DNA from: Thermoproteota archaeon
GTDB taxonomy: Archaea; Thermoproteota; Thermoprotei_A; Sulfolobales; Acidilobaceae
Length of the DNA: 64,000 nt
Reading direction: 5' to 3'
Assembly: GCA_030549835.1 (NCBI GenBank)
Contig: JAUQQR010000001.1
Location: 2,753-66,752 of the forward strand
The notes beneath the pieces are model-generated. The model did no database searches. It was not told where the DNA came from and saw only the letters and a program-made list of their open reading frames with translations. The first letter of the stretch is position 1, and each line of letters starts with the position of its first letter. The position numbers and the translations under genes were made by a program. Below, one piece after another: positions 19,589 to 31,070 of this stretch.

Positions 19589-22086
19589 AGCTTCCTCACC
19601 CTAACACTACTATTACTTGCTCCTCCCCCAACAATCGGGACAACGTAGTCTTTTGAGAACCAGTGCGGGTTGATCCCCTCTCTCGCAAAATGATTCTGTG
19701 GTAGTAGCTTAGATCTCCTACCCCACATTTGAGAATACACGAATAATACTCCTTCTCTAACTCTATTGGTAACCTTAACTCTAGCTACTGCTTTGGCTCT
19801 AGTATCTATTCCTTCAAGCTCTATTAGATCTCCATCTCTTATTCCTAGCCTCTCAGCATCTCTAGGATTCATCCATATACTTCTATCACCTACGTACTTC
19901 ATAGGCTCCATTAAGCTAGCGTGAACACTAGTTAGTGGACCCTTACCATTTACTAAGTAGAATTCGTTAGGCGCCTTTGGTAAAGTGTATGCTGGAGGTG
20001 GACTATAGTCTGGTAGTGGGTCTAGCTTATTTGCTAAAGCTGTTAAAGAATAAATCTCTATTTTCCCACTAGGGGTACCTAATGCTGTCTTATATGGTCT
20101 AACATAATATTCTTTCCTCTTAAGTATATAGTACCCCTTCTCGTTAAGCTCTCTAGTGAAAGCCTCCTTATCTAGCTTCCATGTAGCTACGAGCTTAGAT
20201 ATTATGCCTTCATTTAGCTTATGTAAAAACTCCTCTTCATACTTCTTATAATTAGCGTACTCACTACTCCAACCAAGTGCTACAGCTCTTTCTGGGAAGG
20301 CTCTTCTAACTATTTCAAACATTACCCAGAGAGCATCTCTAACATCATAACCTTCAGGAGGGATTATAACCCTATTTTCAACCTGGACTGAGGCATGTAG
20401 GGTCCACTTAGTTGACCTTATCTCATCTCTCTCAAGGAATATAGTGTCAGGGAGTACATAGTCTGCATAATCAACATCTTCCTGTGGCAATATATTAATT
20501 ATGACTAGTAAGTCAAGCTTCTTATAAGCCTCAATAACCTTGCTAGTATTCATATCTCTCATTATAGGTGATGTTCCTATCACGAAAAGAGCCTTAATTG
20601 GGTATGGATCCTCCTTAATTATAGCATCTAAGATAGCATCAAAGGTTGAAGGTGTAAGCCTGTATTTTACTCTATCAACTCTCGGTGCTCCTACGTCTCC
20701 AAATAGCTCCTCTGGCATCCTTGCATCATATACTGTCTCAGCATACCTCTTACCCTCAATAGTCCTAACTGTAATAATTGATGGGAATCTTGCCGACTCT
20801 GCATAGCATAAGCCTCCAGGCTTATCAATATTACCAATAAGAGTATTTAATATGAGTATAGCTCTAACATTATCGTAGTCATTACCATTTTTGGCTGTGT
20901 ACCATGTATCGTCAGCTACACCTCTATATAGAGCAAATTCTCTAGCTATTCTCCTAATAGTCCTAGCATCTACTCCAGTAATTTTCTCAGCTTCTTCTGG
21001 CTTATACTTAGAAGCTCTCTCTTTTAGTAGTATAAAGGCTGTTTTAACATCGATTTCTCTATCATCTTTAAGTTTAACCTTACCAGTATATAGTAGATCT
21101 GGGTCTGCTGCAGCTTTATGGTCTACGAGTCCATTGACCTTTAAATCCCATACTAGGTACTTGCGTGTATCACCACCTTCAATTATATCTGCTTCTGTTA
21201 ATGGTGATTCATCAGGCTTGATTAGGAATGGAGCATTTGTATATCTCTTCAAGAACTCGGCATCATATAAGCCTTCCTCTATAATAACATGTATTAAGGA
21301 TAAAACGAAGGCAGCATCAGTTCCAGGAATTATAGGAACCCACTCTACATTACCAAATCCAACCTCTGGCATTCTAGGATCTACAACAACTATTCTCAGC
21401 TTCTCATTAGATGTAGCTCTATTCACAACACCCATAGACGCTGTACTTAACGTCCTCCCAATTAGTAGTAGATAGCTAGCATTCTCATAATCAGGATCTA
21501 TAGTAGGCGGGCCTCCAGCACCTAGAACATGACCTCTAGCCACTGTACCATTTGCATGACACATCGAAACATGACTAATTACATTAGGTGTTCCAAGTAG
21601 ATAAGAGAATAGCGGCATATAATAGCTCCACACATCATGATGAGTTATAGCTATAGCTTTATAACCATATTTCTCAACAATTGATCTAAGTTTTGATGCT
21701 ATTTCATTAAGAGCCGTATCCCAATCAACTTCTACAAATCTAGCCTCACCTCTCTCTCCAACTCTCTTCATAGGCTTCTTTAATCTAAGCGGGCTATCCC
21801 AAAGCCATTTTAGAGAAGAGCTCCTACCACAAAGACCAGGCTGAGGATGACCTAGGATAGGCCGGACTCCTGCTGGCCTCCCATAATTCACTAAAACTTC
21901 AATTCCACATAATGCTCCACACATACCACAGTAAGTTTTAACCCATCTAACTTCAGGAGCTAAACTAGCTCCCTTAGCCTCCTCTCTCCTAATACTATCG
22001 ACTATGACCTTAGAAGCTGGGAGTGAAATAGTTAAGGCTGTTAATCCTGCAGCTTTAATGAAATCCCTTCTTTTCAGCTTCACCAC
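19585..22086 (-). CDS. psrA: Tat-exported molybdopterin oxidoreductase catalytic subunit (polysulfide/thiosulfate reductase type)
   Basis: KRRDFIK Tat motif, CGMCGALC..C Fe-S site, SMCH Mo-ligand region, PGTD, ADYVLP. Confidence 0.8.
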   Translation of the reverse strand: MVKLKRRDFIKAAGLTALTISLPASKVIVDSIRREEAKGASLAPEVRWVKTYCGMCGALCGIEVLVNYGRPAGVRPILGHPQPGLCGRSSSLKWLWDSPLRLKKPMKRVGERGEARFVEVDWDTALNEIASKLRSIVEKYGYKAIAITHHDVWSYYMPLFSYLLGTPNVISHVSMCHANGTVARGHVLGAGGPPTIDPDYENASYLLLIGRTLSTASMGVVNRATSNEKLRIVVVDPRMPEVGFGNVEWVPIIPGTDAAFVLSLIHVIIEEGLYDAEFLKRYTNAPFLIKPDESPLTEADIIEGGDTRKYLVWDLKVNGLVDHKAAADPDLLYTGKVKLKDDREIDVKTAFILLKERASKYKPEEAEKITGVDARTIRRIAREFALYRGVADDTWYTAKNGNDYDNVRAILILNTLIGNIDKPGGLCYAESARFPSIITVRTIEGKRYAETVYDARMPEELFGDVGAPRVDRVKYRLTPSTFDAILDAIIKEDPYPIKALFVIGTSPIMRDMNTSKVIEAYKKLDLLVIINILPQEDVDYADYVLPDTIFLERDEIRSTKWTLHASVQVENRVIIPPEGYDVRDALWVMFEIVRRAFPERAVALGWSSEYANYKKYEEEFLHKLNEGIISKLVATWKLDKEAFTRELNEKGYYILKRKEYYVRPYKTALGTPSGKIEIYSLTALANKLDPLPDYSPPPAYTLPKAPNEFYLVNGKGPLTSVHASLMEPMKYVGDRSIWMNPRDAERLGIRDGDLIELEGIDTRAKAVARVKVTNRVREGVLFVYSQMWGRRSKLLPQNHFAREGINPHWFSKDYVVPIVGGGASNSSVRVRKL

Positions 22087-22225
22087 ACCTCACCATCTAC
22101 TGTATATATAGAGATAGATTTAAGTCTTACGTATATATTTGTTTATTAACTTATAAAATATTGCCTATATCTTTATTATGTAGAAACAGAGTCTTAGGAT
22201 TAAAGGTATTTGGTTAATGGTAGTG

Positions 22226-23245
22226 TTATATTTTTATAACTGCTGCTCCTACTATCTTACCTTCTTTTATTATCTTCAATGTTTTGTTTAATTCTTCAAT
22301 CTTGTATTTTTGATATTTTACTTTTATCCTTATTTTTTCAGCTATTTTTAGGTATTCTCTTACGTTTAGTCTAGTTACGTTTGCTACTGTTTTTACCTCT
22401 CTCTCCATCCATAGGTGTTTTGTGTAGTCTAGGGTTATTGGTGTTCTCTTTCTTATGACGTTAACTACTAGTCTTCCGCCTGGTTTTATTAGTTCTAGTA
22501 TTCTTGGTATTATTTCACCTACTGGTGTGAAGTCTATTGCCCTATCTAGTTTCTCTGGAGGGTCTTCTTTTGGGTGTCCTACCCAGTCTGCTCCTAGTTC
22601 TCTTGCGAGCTCCATGTGTTCTATACTTCTCGTTAATACTATTACTCTACTGTTTGGATATAGATTCTTTATGACCTGTATTATCTGGTGTGCTGATGCT
22701 CCGAAGCCCACTAAACCTATGCTCATCCCGTCTCCCATGTCTGCTAGCTTTAATGCTCTATAGCCTATAGCTCCAGCACATAGTAGTGGGGCTGCCTCTA
22801 GATCATCATAATTACTAGGTATCCTATAAACATAGTCTTCATGAGCTACCATGTATTCAGCATAGCATCCATCAATATGACATCCTGTCCCCTTAAACTC
22901 CTCACATAGATTCTCTAACCCAGCCACACAATACCTACACTTACCACAACTCCGCCCAATCCATGCAACACCAACCCTATCGCCAATACTAACCTTTGAT
23001 ACCTCATCTCCAATTTTAACAATATAACCTACAGCTTGATGTCCCGGGATAACTGGAAGCTTCCCTATAACTCTACCCTCAATAACATCAATATCTGTAG
23101 GACATAAGCCACAAGTAGAGACTCTTATCAAAACCTCTCTAGACCTAGGCTCAGGGACATCCACATCCATAAGCTCTAAAGGATCTCTCCCAACAGAAAC
23201 CTCACAATACCTCCTCAAAACCATAGCCTTCAAACCATACACCAT
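22226..23245 (-). CDS. Zinc-dependent alcohol dehydrogenase family protein
   Basis: GLCPTD, PGHQ, CGKCRYC..C structural Zn site, APLLCAG, GFGAS. Confidence 0.9.
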   Translation of the reverse strand: MVYGLKAMVLRRYCEVSVGRDPLELMDVDVPEPRSREVLIRVSTCGLCPTDIDVIEGRVIGKLPVIPGHQAVGYIVKIGDEVSKVSIGDRVGVAWIGRSCGKCRYCVAGLENLCEEFKGTGCHIDGCYAEYMVAHEDYVYRIPSNYDDLEAAPLLCAGAIGYRALKLADMGDGMSIGLVGFGASAHQIIQVIKNLYPNSRVIVLTRSIEHMELARELGADWVGHPKEDPPEKLDRAIDFTPVGEIIPRILELIKPGGRLVVNVIRKRTPITLDYTKHLWMEREVKTVANVTRLNVREYLKIAEKIRIKVKYQKYKIEELNKTLKIIKEGKIVGAAVIKI

Positions 23246-23392
23246 ACTATTAACTCTATTCCAACTACTAAATTCATTTACTCTCTAGGAACTATTAGCT
23301 TAGATTAGAGTATTGGAGAGGACTAAAATAGCATCTATAAACTACAAGTCTCTAGAATTAAAATGACGAAACTAAACAATACTAGCTAAAGA

Positions 23393-25177
23393 TTAGTATA
23401 TTATGTGACGTGTTAATATTAGTGTTAATAACCCTAGTATTGTTGCCCCATCATCTCCTAGTAATGCTACTAGCCATAATGGTAGTAGCCCTGTTAGTCC
23501 GCCCGTTAGTGCAACTATCTTAACTATTACGGCTATAGTTAATGCTGCTATTAGAGTACTCATATGTACCCTAGATTCTCTAATGATATCTGGTAATTGA
23601 TGTACTCCCTCAACTAGTACGGCATCAGCAACAGCTACTACAGCGTCTATATTCCCTACAGCTACCCCGGCATCAGCAACAGCTAAGGCCACAATATCGT
23701 TTACACCGTCACCTACTGCTAATACTCTCTTACCCTGCTCTCTAATACTATTTACTAATCTCATCTTATCTTCTGGGCTCATCTCATAATAATACTCTCT
23801 TACCCCAAACATTCTGGCTATACTTTCAACTTTACCACGCTTATCTCCACTAGCTATTATAATCCTCTCATTTAGGTTGCTGATTACATTTATAGTTTTA
23901 GGGTTTATGTACTCCTTTAAACATATATAGCCTAAATCTCCATCTATAGATATGTAGATTGTAGATTCTAGCTCACTGCAAGGTTTATAGTCGCTATTTA
24001 AATTTAGAAGTCTACTACTCCCCATTACTACTCTTCTACTATCTACTACTCCCTCAACTCCAAGCCCTATCTTCTCGCTAAAATTATCTACCTGTAATTT
24101 CTTTTGAGATATTTTAGATAATGTTCTGGAAAGTGGATGTAGTGATACTGAGGCTAGAGAAGCTATTATTGATTTAAAGTATTCCTCATCTATATTATCT
24201 GGAGGTTTAATTCTAGTAATCTCATAGTCTCCTAATGTTAGAGTCCCAGTCTTATCTAAAATAATCGTATCTACTCTAGCTATAGCCTCTAGAGCTCTAC
24301 CTCCTCTTACCACGATACCTCTCCTAGCTAGGATTGCAGTTGTATATGCTGCTGAGAAGCTTGAGTTTATTATAAATGCAGAGGGGCAAGCTACTATGAA
24401 TATAGAGACTGCTCTGAGAGGATCTGTTAGAATATACGCTACTATAAATGAAGCATAAGCTATCACAGCCCAAGGCTTTAGAAGCTTATCTAATACTCTT
24501 TCAACTAAGCTCTTCTCCTCTAAAGATTCTAAGGCTAACTCTACAATTCTATAGAGAGTAGACTTAGATATAGGCCTTAGAACTTTGACTCTCATTAAGT
24601 TACCACTAACATTAATGTAACCACTAGAGACATAGTCTCCAGTAGTGACATATCTAGGCTCAGATTCACCAGTAATAAGTGATGTATTAACATAACCCTC
24701 AGATAAGGCTATCCCATCACAAGGTACAGCCTCGCCATGCCTAACAATAACAACATCGCCATACTTAAGCGAATCACTGCTGACAATCTTATGTGAGCCT
24801 CCAGCATCAACTATAACCTTTGAGGGTATGAGGGCTATGAGTTTATCGAGCCTCCTCTTCGCATATAACTCAGCAATATCCTCTATGAGCTCTGCAAGAG
24901 AGTAGAGGAACATGACAATAAGCCCCTCAAAATAGAATCTATGAGCTAAGGTGACGAAGCCTGCTGAGCTCATTAACGCATACTCTACATTAAATCTACG
25001 AATAGTAACTATACCATACACTAGATTAAGAACTAAGAAGAGTGTAGGAATTGATAGTAAAATAGGTCTAAAACTATAGCCTATCCCAGTAATACTAGCT
25101 AAGATTCCAGTTATTGATGGTATAAGCATGAATATTAGCCAGGATACTTTACTATAAGCATCCATAAATCTATCCAA
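23393..25177 (-). CDS. Heavy-metal P1B ATPase with CPS motif and no N-terminal HMA domain
   Basis: TGES, ACPSA, DKTGT, SLHP, GDGVND. Confidence 0.85.
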   Translation of the reverse strand: MDRFMDAYSKVSWLIFMLIPSITGILASITGIGYSFRPILLSIPTLFLVLNLVYGIVTIRRFNVEYALMSSAGFVTLAHRFYFEGLIVMFLYSLAELIEDIAELYAKRRLDKLIALIPSKVIVDAGGSHKIVSSDSLKYGDVVIVRHGEAVPCDGIALSEGYVNTSLITGESEPRYVTTGDYVSSGYINVSGNLMRVKVLRPISKSTLYRIVELALESLEEKSLVERVLDKLLKPWAVIAYASFIVAYILTDPLRAVSIFIVACPSAFIINSSFSAAYTTAILARRGIVVRGGRALEAIARVDTIILDKTGTLTLGDYEITRIKPPDNIDEEYFKSIIASLASVSLHPLSRTLSKISQKKLQVDNFSEKIGLGVEGVVDSRRVVMGSSRLLNLNSDYKPCSELESTIYISIDGDLGYICLKEYINPKTINVISNLNERIIIASGDKRGKVESIARMFGVREYYYEMSPEDKMRLVNSIREQGKRVLAVGDGVNDIVALAVADAGVAVGNIDAVVAVADAVLVEGVHQLPDIIRESRVHMSTLIAALTIAVIVKIVALTGGLTGLLPLWLVALLGDDGATILGLLTLILTRHIIY

Positions 25178-25303
25178 AAGTATTCACCAAGCCTAAAGCA
25201 TACTTTAGAAAAAATTAATAAGCTTAAATATTAAGTATTCATAAAGGTTATTATTAAATTTTATTAAGTTTTAGTTTAGATGTTAATATATGGGGGTTGT
25301 GCT

Positions 25304-25705
25304 ATGACTATCATAAGTATATCGATACCAGATGTTTTAGTAGAGAAGATTGATGAAGCAGTAGGTATCCTAGGTTATACTTCTAGATCTGAGTTTATTA
25401 GAGAGGCTATTAGGAAGCGTGTTGAGGAAGCTGAGGTACTTAGAAGTGATGCTAAGAGTATATTCATTATTATGGCTCTAAGTGATCATAGTAAATATAA
25501 AGCTTCAGATGCGAAGATCTTAGAAATAATACACTCTTACCAGCCTGATATTAAAGCCTTTTACCATTTAATAATACGAGATTTCTTATGCCTAAATATT
25601 GCTATTATTGAGAGCTTCTCAAATATAGCATTTAATCTTGTAAGAGAGCTTAGAAGTGTGAGGGGGGTCATTGATATTCAAGTATATAGATTGAGGTATC
25701 CCTAG
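25304..25705 (+). CDS. NikR/CopG ribbon-helix-helix transcription regulator
   Basis: MTIISISIP...GYTSRSEFIREAIR RHH plus ACT-like C-domain with His/Cys; start set at ATG 25304 (ORF track starts at 25280). Confidence 0.8.
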   Translation: MTIISISIPDVLVEKIDEAVGILGYTSRSEFIREAIRKRVEEAEVLRSDAKSIFIIMALSDHSKYKASDAKILEIIHSYQPDIKAFYHLIIRDFLCLNIAIIESFSNIAFNLVRELRSVRGVIDIQVYRLRYP

Positions 25706-25726
25706 CAGTGGGCGGGGTTAAATATA

Positions 25727-27187
25727 TTGATTAAGTGGACTGCAGTCTTATCTTCAATATCTGCTCTTATGCTTGTCTTATCTATTTTAGCTTCATTTAA
25801 TGGTCTAGTCTTTACTATATTGTCTAGTGATCCTTTAGAGTATAATTCTAGTATTAGATTTCTCTTAGCGTCTCTTACTTTAATGCTCATATCGCTACTT
25901 GTATATGTTGCCTTTAAGAATTATATTATCACTGATATTACAGAGGCTTATATAGTCGTAAGCTTATACTGGTTTCTAGCACCTTTAGCTTCTAGTATTA
26001 TACTCTATGCTAGTATAGGCTTGAATATTATTGATGGTTTCTTTGAATCACTAAGTGCTCTTAGCGGGGCTGGGTTAACTGTTATTATTCCAGAGTCTAT
26101 GCCTAGAGTTATATTAATGTGGAGATCTATCCTCCAGTGGGTTGGTGGTATAAGTATAGTTGTTATCGGTGGAGCTCTACTACCCTTCCTCCACGCTATT
26201 ATTAGGAGTATTTACCTAGTTGAGGTTGGGGCTAGGCTAGCGCCAAGAGTTATATCAACGATTAGAGTACTCTTCACAATATATATTATATTAACAGTTT
26301 CTAGCATATTACTACTTTATATTTCAGGTATGGATCTATTTAATGCTTTAAATCATGGATTAACAGGAATAGCTACTGCTGGAATGTCAACAAAGAATAC
26401 AGGCTATACATTCTGGTATGAGAATGGCTATATTATAGCAGTAGTATTAACAATATTTATCATGATATTAGGAGCTACAAACTTTCAAGACCTAAACTTA
26501 CTCATTAGAGGGAAAATTAGAGCATTTATAGACTCTATTGAGGTAAGGGGGCTGATAGCCTTTATAGCTATACTATGGCTAATAGCCTTTATTATATCAG
26601 TGGTTGAGGGGAAAACAGAGGAACTTCTACCCTGGACTTTTAATCTAGTATCTGCAATAACAACAACAGGATTCCAGATAGGCGATTTAAGAGTAGAATC
26701 TGAGTCTTATAAGATTATCCTAGTATTAGCTATGGCTATAGGGGGGCCAACATTCTCTACAGCAGCTGGGCTTAAGGTGAAGAGGGTTATAATAGCTATT
26801 AAAGCAGTATACTGGGAATTCTCTCGGCCACTAGCACCTCCTAGAGCTCTTAGAGTTTTCAGGGTTGGAGATAGAGAGTTTACTGAGAAGGATATAGCAA
26901 TCGTATACTCCTACATAACACTCTATATTATAGTATTAATATTTACGTCATTGATAATTAAGATTTTAGTAGACTATTATAAGCTAGGTGATTACACGTA
27001 TATAGATGTTCTACTAGATACTACATCTGCACTCTCATGTGTAGGCCTTTCTACCGGAATTATATCGCCAAGTACTCCACTAGTAATTAAGCTAATCCTA
27101 ATGGTCCCAATATACCTTGGAAGACTAGAATTCCTACCTATATACCTACTTATAAGCCTCTACTCTAGGAGGAAAATTGTATTATAG
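25727..27187 (+). CDS. trkH: Trk potassium uptake membrane protein
   Basis: FESLSALSGAG, LQWVGG, ATAG, TTTGF, STAAGLK, GRLE. Confidence 0.88.
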   Translation: MIKWTAVLSSISALMLVLSILASFNGLVFTILSSDPLEYNSSIRFLLASLTLMLISLLVYVAFKNYIITDITEAYIVVSLYWFLAPLASSIILYASIGLNIIDGFFESLSALSGAGLTVIIPESMPRVILMWRSILQWVGGISIVVIGGALLPFLHAIIRSIYLVEVGARLAPRVISTIRVLFTIYIILTVSSILLLYISGMDLFNALNHGLTGIATAGMSTKNTGYTFWYENGYIIAVVLTIFIMILGATNFQDLNLLIRGKIRAFIDSIEVRGLIAFIAILWLIAFIISVVEGKTEELLPWTFNLVSAITTTGFQIGDLRVESESYKIILVLAMAIGGPTFSTAAGLKVKRVIIAIKAVYWEFSRPLAPPRALRVFRVGDREFTEKDIAIVYSYITLYIIVLIFTSLIIKILVDYYKLGDYTYIDVLLDTTSALSCVGLSTGIISPSTPLVIKLILMVPIYLGRLEFLPIYLLISLYSRRKIVL

Positions 27188-27267
27188 CGTTTTAAGCTAA
27201 TGTGATCTAGTTAACTGCTAACTATTTTACTGTTAACTCATAGAAATATTATCTAGGATAATACAGA

Positions 27268-27912
27268 TTGAATATTCTCATCATTGGAGCTATAAAAGAC
27301 GTATACCCTATAGTAGAAGAGCTAGCTAGGACCGGTAATCATATAGTTATAGTTGATAATAGTAAAGAGAGAGCTAGCTACTATACTAGTAAATCTATAG
27401 ATATAGCTATACACGTATTAAATCCGATAGACTACGATGCCCTTGTAGAAGTGGGGCTCCCGAGGGCCGACATAGTACTAGCTATACACCCGTCAGATAC
27501 TGTTAACTTTATAGTAGGCATGTATGCTAAAAACCTCAATATACCTAAGATAATAGTTCTAATTTCAGATGAGAAGCTTGCAAGAATACTATTAAATTTA
27601 GGCATCACGAGAGCCGTTATAGCTAAGAATAGGTTGATAAATAGAGGCTTAATCGAGGCACTCTATGATGTGAAGATTATAGATGTAGATGAAGACAACT
27701 ACTTGATTTTAATAGATAGTAATGTGAGAAGCGAGCTTATAGGATTGAGTATAGGGGAAATTGTGGAGAAGCTATTTAAAGTAGTAGCAGTGATTAGTGG
27801 AGAAGAACGTAGAGTAGTTATAGATAAGTATCATATAGTAGAGAAAGGTGATAAGATAATAGCATTAATATCAAGAAGCGAGCTTACAAAAATATTAAGA
27901 ATACAAGCTTAA
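27268..27912 (+). CDS. trkA: TrkA-type RCK regulatory subunit
   Basis: N-terminal Rossmann-like MNILIIGA, TrkA-C-like tail; follows trkH. Confidence 0.75.
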   Translation: MNILIIGAIKDVYPIVEELARTGNHIVIVDNSKERASYYTSKSIDIAIHVLNPIDYDALVEVGLPRADIVLAIHPSDTVNFIVGMYAKNLNIPKIIVLISDEKLARILLNLGITRAVIAKNRLINRGLIEALYDVKIIDVDEDNYLILIDSNVRSELIGLSIGEIVEKLFKVVAVISGEERRVVIDKYHIVEKGDKIIALISRSELTKILRIQA

Positions 27913-27981
27913 ACTACCTAAAAATTTTTAAAACTCAAATATTTATAGGTATACTCTATACTATAGTGGGATGGTGGAGAC

Positions 27982-28797
27982 TTGAATATAAGTGAATTAA
28001 TACAAGCAATTGGAGGCTACTCATATTTAATCTTCACAGTTACAGGTATAATCTTAATCCTACTGGCATCATTTATTTCTTACTCTATAGCTTCAAGGAT
28101 ACTATTTAGGCTTAGAGTTAGAAGACTTCTAGATAAGAGTATTGAGGAAGCTCTAAGGCTAGTTATAGCATTATTGATTGCTGCTATAGCATTACCACTA
28201 ATACTATCCCTATTATTCAGTATCCCATACGGATTACTAGTATCTGTCTCGCTATTAGTGTTACTCCTAGTTTCACTAATCCTAGCTGGGAGAGAGTATC
28301 TAGCTAATATACTTTCATACCTGCTTGTATCAGTATCTGGAGTAGTAAGAGAGGGGGAGTATGTGAGGATAGACTTACAATCTAATAGCTATGAGGGTAG
28401 AGTTTTATTAAGTAAAGGAGAGTACCTAGCTTTACAGACAGATCACGGTCATATAATCTACATACCTTACAGTAAACTACATAGTTCTACTATAATTAAG
28501 CTTGCAAGTGCTATTATAAACTTAAGAGTAAGGATTAAGGGAGAGAATATAGAAGTCGATAGAGTAGTAAAAGATGTAGAGAATGCTATAGCTAACTGTA
28601 AATTCATAGATAGGAATAGCATCTCAGTAAAGATTTCAGGAGTATCTGAGGAGAATTCTACGAGAGTACTAACATTACTAGTAGAAGCTAGAACACTTAA
28701 CTTAAGGAATATTGACAAGGCTAGAGAAGAGCTTATAGAGACATTAGTGGAGAATTTACCCTACGAAGCCTCTCTGAGTATTAGTAGAGGAGAATAG
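27982..28797 (+). CDS. mscS: Small-conductance mechanosensitive channel family protein
   Basis: Three N-terminal TM helices, REYLANILS, VREGEYV..G.V and IYIPYSKL middle domain. Confidence 0.7.
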   Translation: MNISELIQAIGGYSYLIFTVTGIILILLASFISYSIASRILFRLRVRRLLDKSIEEALRLVIALLIAAIALPLILSLLFSIPYGLLVSVSLLVLLLVSLILAGREYLANILSYLLVSVSGVVREGEYVRIDLQSNSYEGRVLLSKGEYLALQTDHGHIIYIPYSKLHSSTIIKLASAIINLRVRIKGENIEVDRVVKDVENAIANCKFIDRNSISVKISGVSEENSTRVLTLLVEARTLNLRNIDKAREELIETLVENLPYEASLSISRGE

Positions 28798-28798
28798 T

Positions 28799-30115
28799 TT
28801 ATGATAGTAGGTCTAGTAGGGTTAGTATTTTTGGAGCTTCTTTCTCATCAAAACAGTAGTAGACTTTAGAGTACTGTTTTCTAAACTCTTCTACCTCACT
28901 CCTAACCTCTACTGGGTCTTTTTTAACAATTAATACTTTATAGAATAACTCTGCTATATATGACATTTCACTTTCTTTCATTCCTATTCTTGTTACTTCT
29001 TGTACCCCCAGTCTTATTCCACTTGGATCTCTTACCGCTTCTGGAGGATCTATTGGTAGTAGGTTCTTATTTACTATTATATTTGCTTCTTCTAGTCTCT
29101 TAGCTGCCCATGCTCCGCCTCCTAGGTTCTTAACGTTTATTAGTACTTGGTGGCTTCTAGTATATCCTAGCTTTTCTCCGAGTACATTGAAGCCATATGA
29201 TGCTAGTTCTTCTGCTAGTTTTCTAGCATTATATACTATTTGTTTAGCATATTGTTCTCCATACTCTTTCATTTCTAATGCTGTTATTAGTGTTGCCGGT
29301 ATTCTATGTAGGTGGTGATTACTTACAAACCATGGGAATATAGTTTTACTAACACTCTTATATGTAGCTTCATCTCTGAAAGCTATTAGTCCCCCTTGGG
29401 GTCCTGGGAATGTTTTATGTGTTGATGATGTCATAACGTCAGCACCATTGTCTAGAGGGTTACGCCAAACACCCCCTATTATTAATCCTAGGACGTGTGC
29501 TGAGTCATACACGAGTTTGCCCCCAACACTATGAATAGCTTCACTTATTTCTTTAACCGGATGCGGGAATAAGTATACGCTCCCTCCTAGTACTGCGAAT
29601 TTAGGCTTAACACTACCTATTACTTTTATAGCTCCATCTATATCAACATTCATTTCTTCCTCGTTATAGGGTAGGTCTACTTGTCTTATGCCTAAAGCTC
29701 CCAGTGTGCCGAACTTTGTATGGCTTACGTGGGCTCCCGCCTGTACTGGGGCTATTACAGCATTATCTCCAGGTTCTGCTAGAGCTCTAAAGACTGCAGC
29801 ATTAGCTATTGTACCACTAATGGGTCTAAGTTCTACCATATTAGTATTAAGCATTGATCCTATAACTCTCTCAGCTAATACCTCGAGCTCATCTATGAAT
29901 CTAGTACCTTGATAGTACCTCTTGAATGGTCTACCTTCAGCATATCTATGCATAAAGTCGCTTAGGTAGGCTTTAAGGGCTAGAGGACTCATAATATTCT
30001 CGGCTGCAATTAAATTTATAGACTTTGAAACTCTCCAAATATTATTCTCGTTAATGAAGCCTACTATAGTTTCAAGTATACTCTTAACATTAGCTTCACT
30101 CAAGAGATACACCAT
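28799..30115 (-). CDS. glyA: Serine hydroxymethyltransferase
   Basis: [39 protein letters not shown]. Confidence 0.95.
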   Translation of the reverse strand: MVYLLSEANVKSILETIVGFINENNIWRVSKSINLIAAENIMSPLALKAYLSDFMHRYAEGRPFKRYYQGTRFIDELEVLAERVIGSMLNTNMVELRPISGTIANAAVFRALAEPGDNAVIAPVQAGAHVSHTKFGTLGALGIRQVDLPYNEEEMNVDIDGAIKVIGSVKPKFAVLGGSVYLFPHPVKEISEAIHSVGGKLVYDSAHVLGLIIGGVWRNPLDNGADVMTSSTHKTFPGPQGGLIAFRDEATYKSVSKTIFPWFVSNHHLHRIPATLITALEMKEYGEQYAKQIVYNARKLAEELASYGFNVLGEKLGYTRSHQVLINVKNLGGGAWAAKRLEEANIIVNKNLLPIDPPEAVRDPSGIRLGVQEVTRIGMKESEMSYIAELFYKVLIVKKDPVEVRSEVEEFRKQYSKVYYCFDEKEAPKILTLLDLLS

Positions 30116-30181
30116 ATGTTTATATCATGAATAAGAGTTTTAAATATTCTAGAGTTATGTTATAGTTAAAGGTGTAAGTTT

Positions 30182-31006
30182 ATGCCTAAATTCCCCATAG
30201 ATGGTAGTGATAGAAAGCCTATTGGGAGATCGGGTGAAGCAATATCAGCTATTGGCTTAGGGAGCTGGGCTATAAGAGATTACAGGAGAGCTTTTGAAGC
30301 CTATACTCTAGCACTTAGCCTGGGTATAGATAATATTGATACAGCTGAAATGTATGATAATGGGAATGCTGAGAGGTTTATAGGGGAAGTATTGAGGGCT
30401 GTGGGTAGAGATAAGGTCTTTATAACGACGAAACTCTTACCTAATAAGTTTAGGAGTAGAGACTCTGCTATAAAAGCAGCTAGACTATCACTTGAGAGGC
30501 TAAATGTTAAATATGTAGATCTAATACTAATACACTGGCCCGATAACCAGACTCCTATAGAAGAACAGGCTAGAAACCTTGAAGCTATAGCTATTGAAGG
30601 CTTAACTAGGTATATTGGTGTTAGTAACTTCACTGTAGAGGAGTTTAAGAGAGCACAAGAAGCATTAAGCAGATATGAGCTGGTAGTAAATCAAGTTAAG
30701 TATAGCCTCTTAGATAAGAGTATTGAAGATGATATGCTACCATACGCTATAAATAATAATATATTAATACAAGCGTATACACCGCTTGAGAGAGGAGAAG
30801 TATTAAAGGACAAGCTAGTTAGAGAAATAGCAGATAAATATAATAAGACACCAGCACAAATAGCATTAAACTTCATAATATCAAGACCTAGAGTAATAGC
30901 TATACCAAAAGCTGAGAAGATAGAACATATTAGAGAATTAGCTGGCACAATGGGGTGGAGACTTAAGAGTGAAGATATAGAGCTACTAGAGAAGCTTACT
31001 AAATAA
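30182..31006 (+). CDS. Aldo/keto reductase
   Basis: IDTAEMY, DLILIHWP, IGVSNF, AYTPL, IPKA. Confidence 0.92.
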   Translation: MPKFPIDGSDRKPIGRSGEAISAIGLGSWAIRDYRRAFEAYTLALSLGIDNIDTAEMYDNGNAERFIGEVLRAVGRDKVFITTKLLPNKFRSRDSAIKAARLSLERLNVKYVDLILIHWPDNQTPIEEQARNLEAIAIEGLTRYIGVSNFTVEEFKRAQEALSRYELVVNQVKYSLLDKSIEDDMLPYAINNNILIQAYTPLERGEVLKDKLVREIADKYNKTPAQIALNFIISRPRVIAIPKAEKIEHIRELAGTMGWRLKSEDIELLEKLTK

Positions 31007-31070
31007 ACTTAACAGTTAAACCCCAATACTACTATATGCTATTCTAAACCTACAACTACTATAAACCTAG

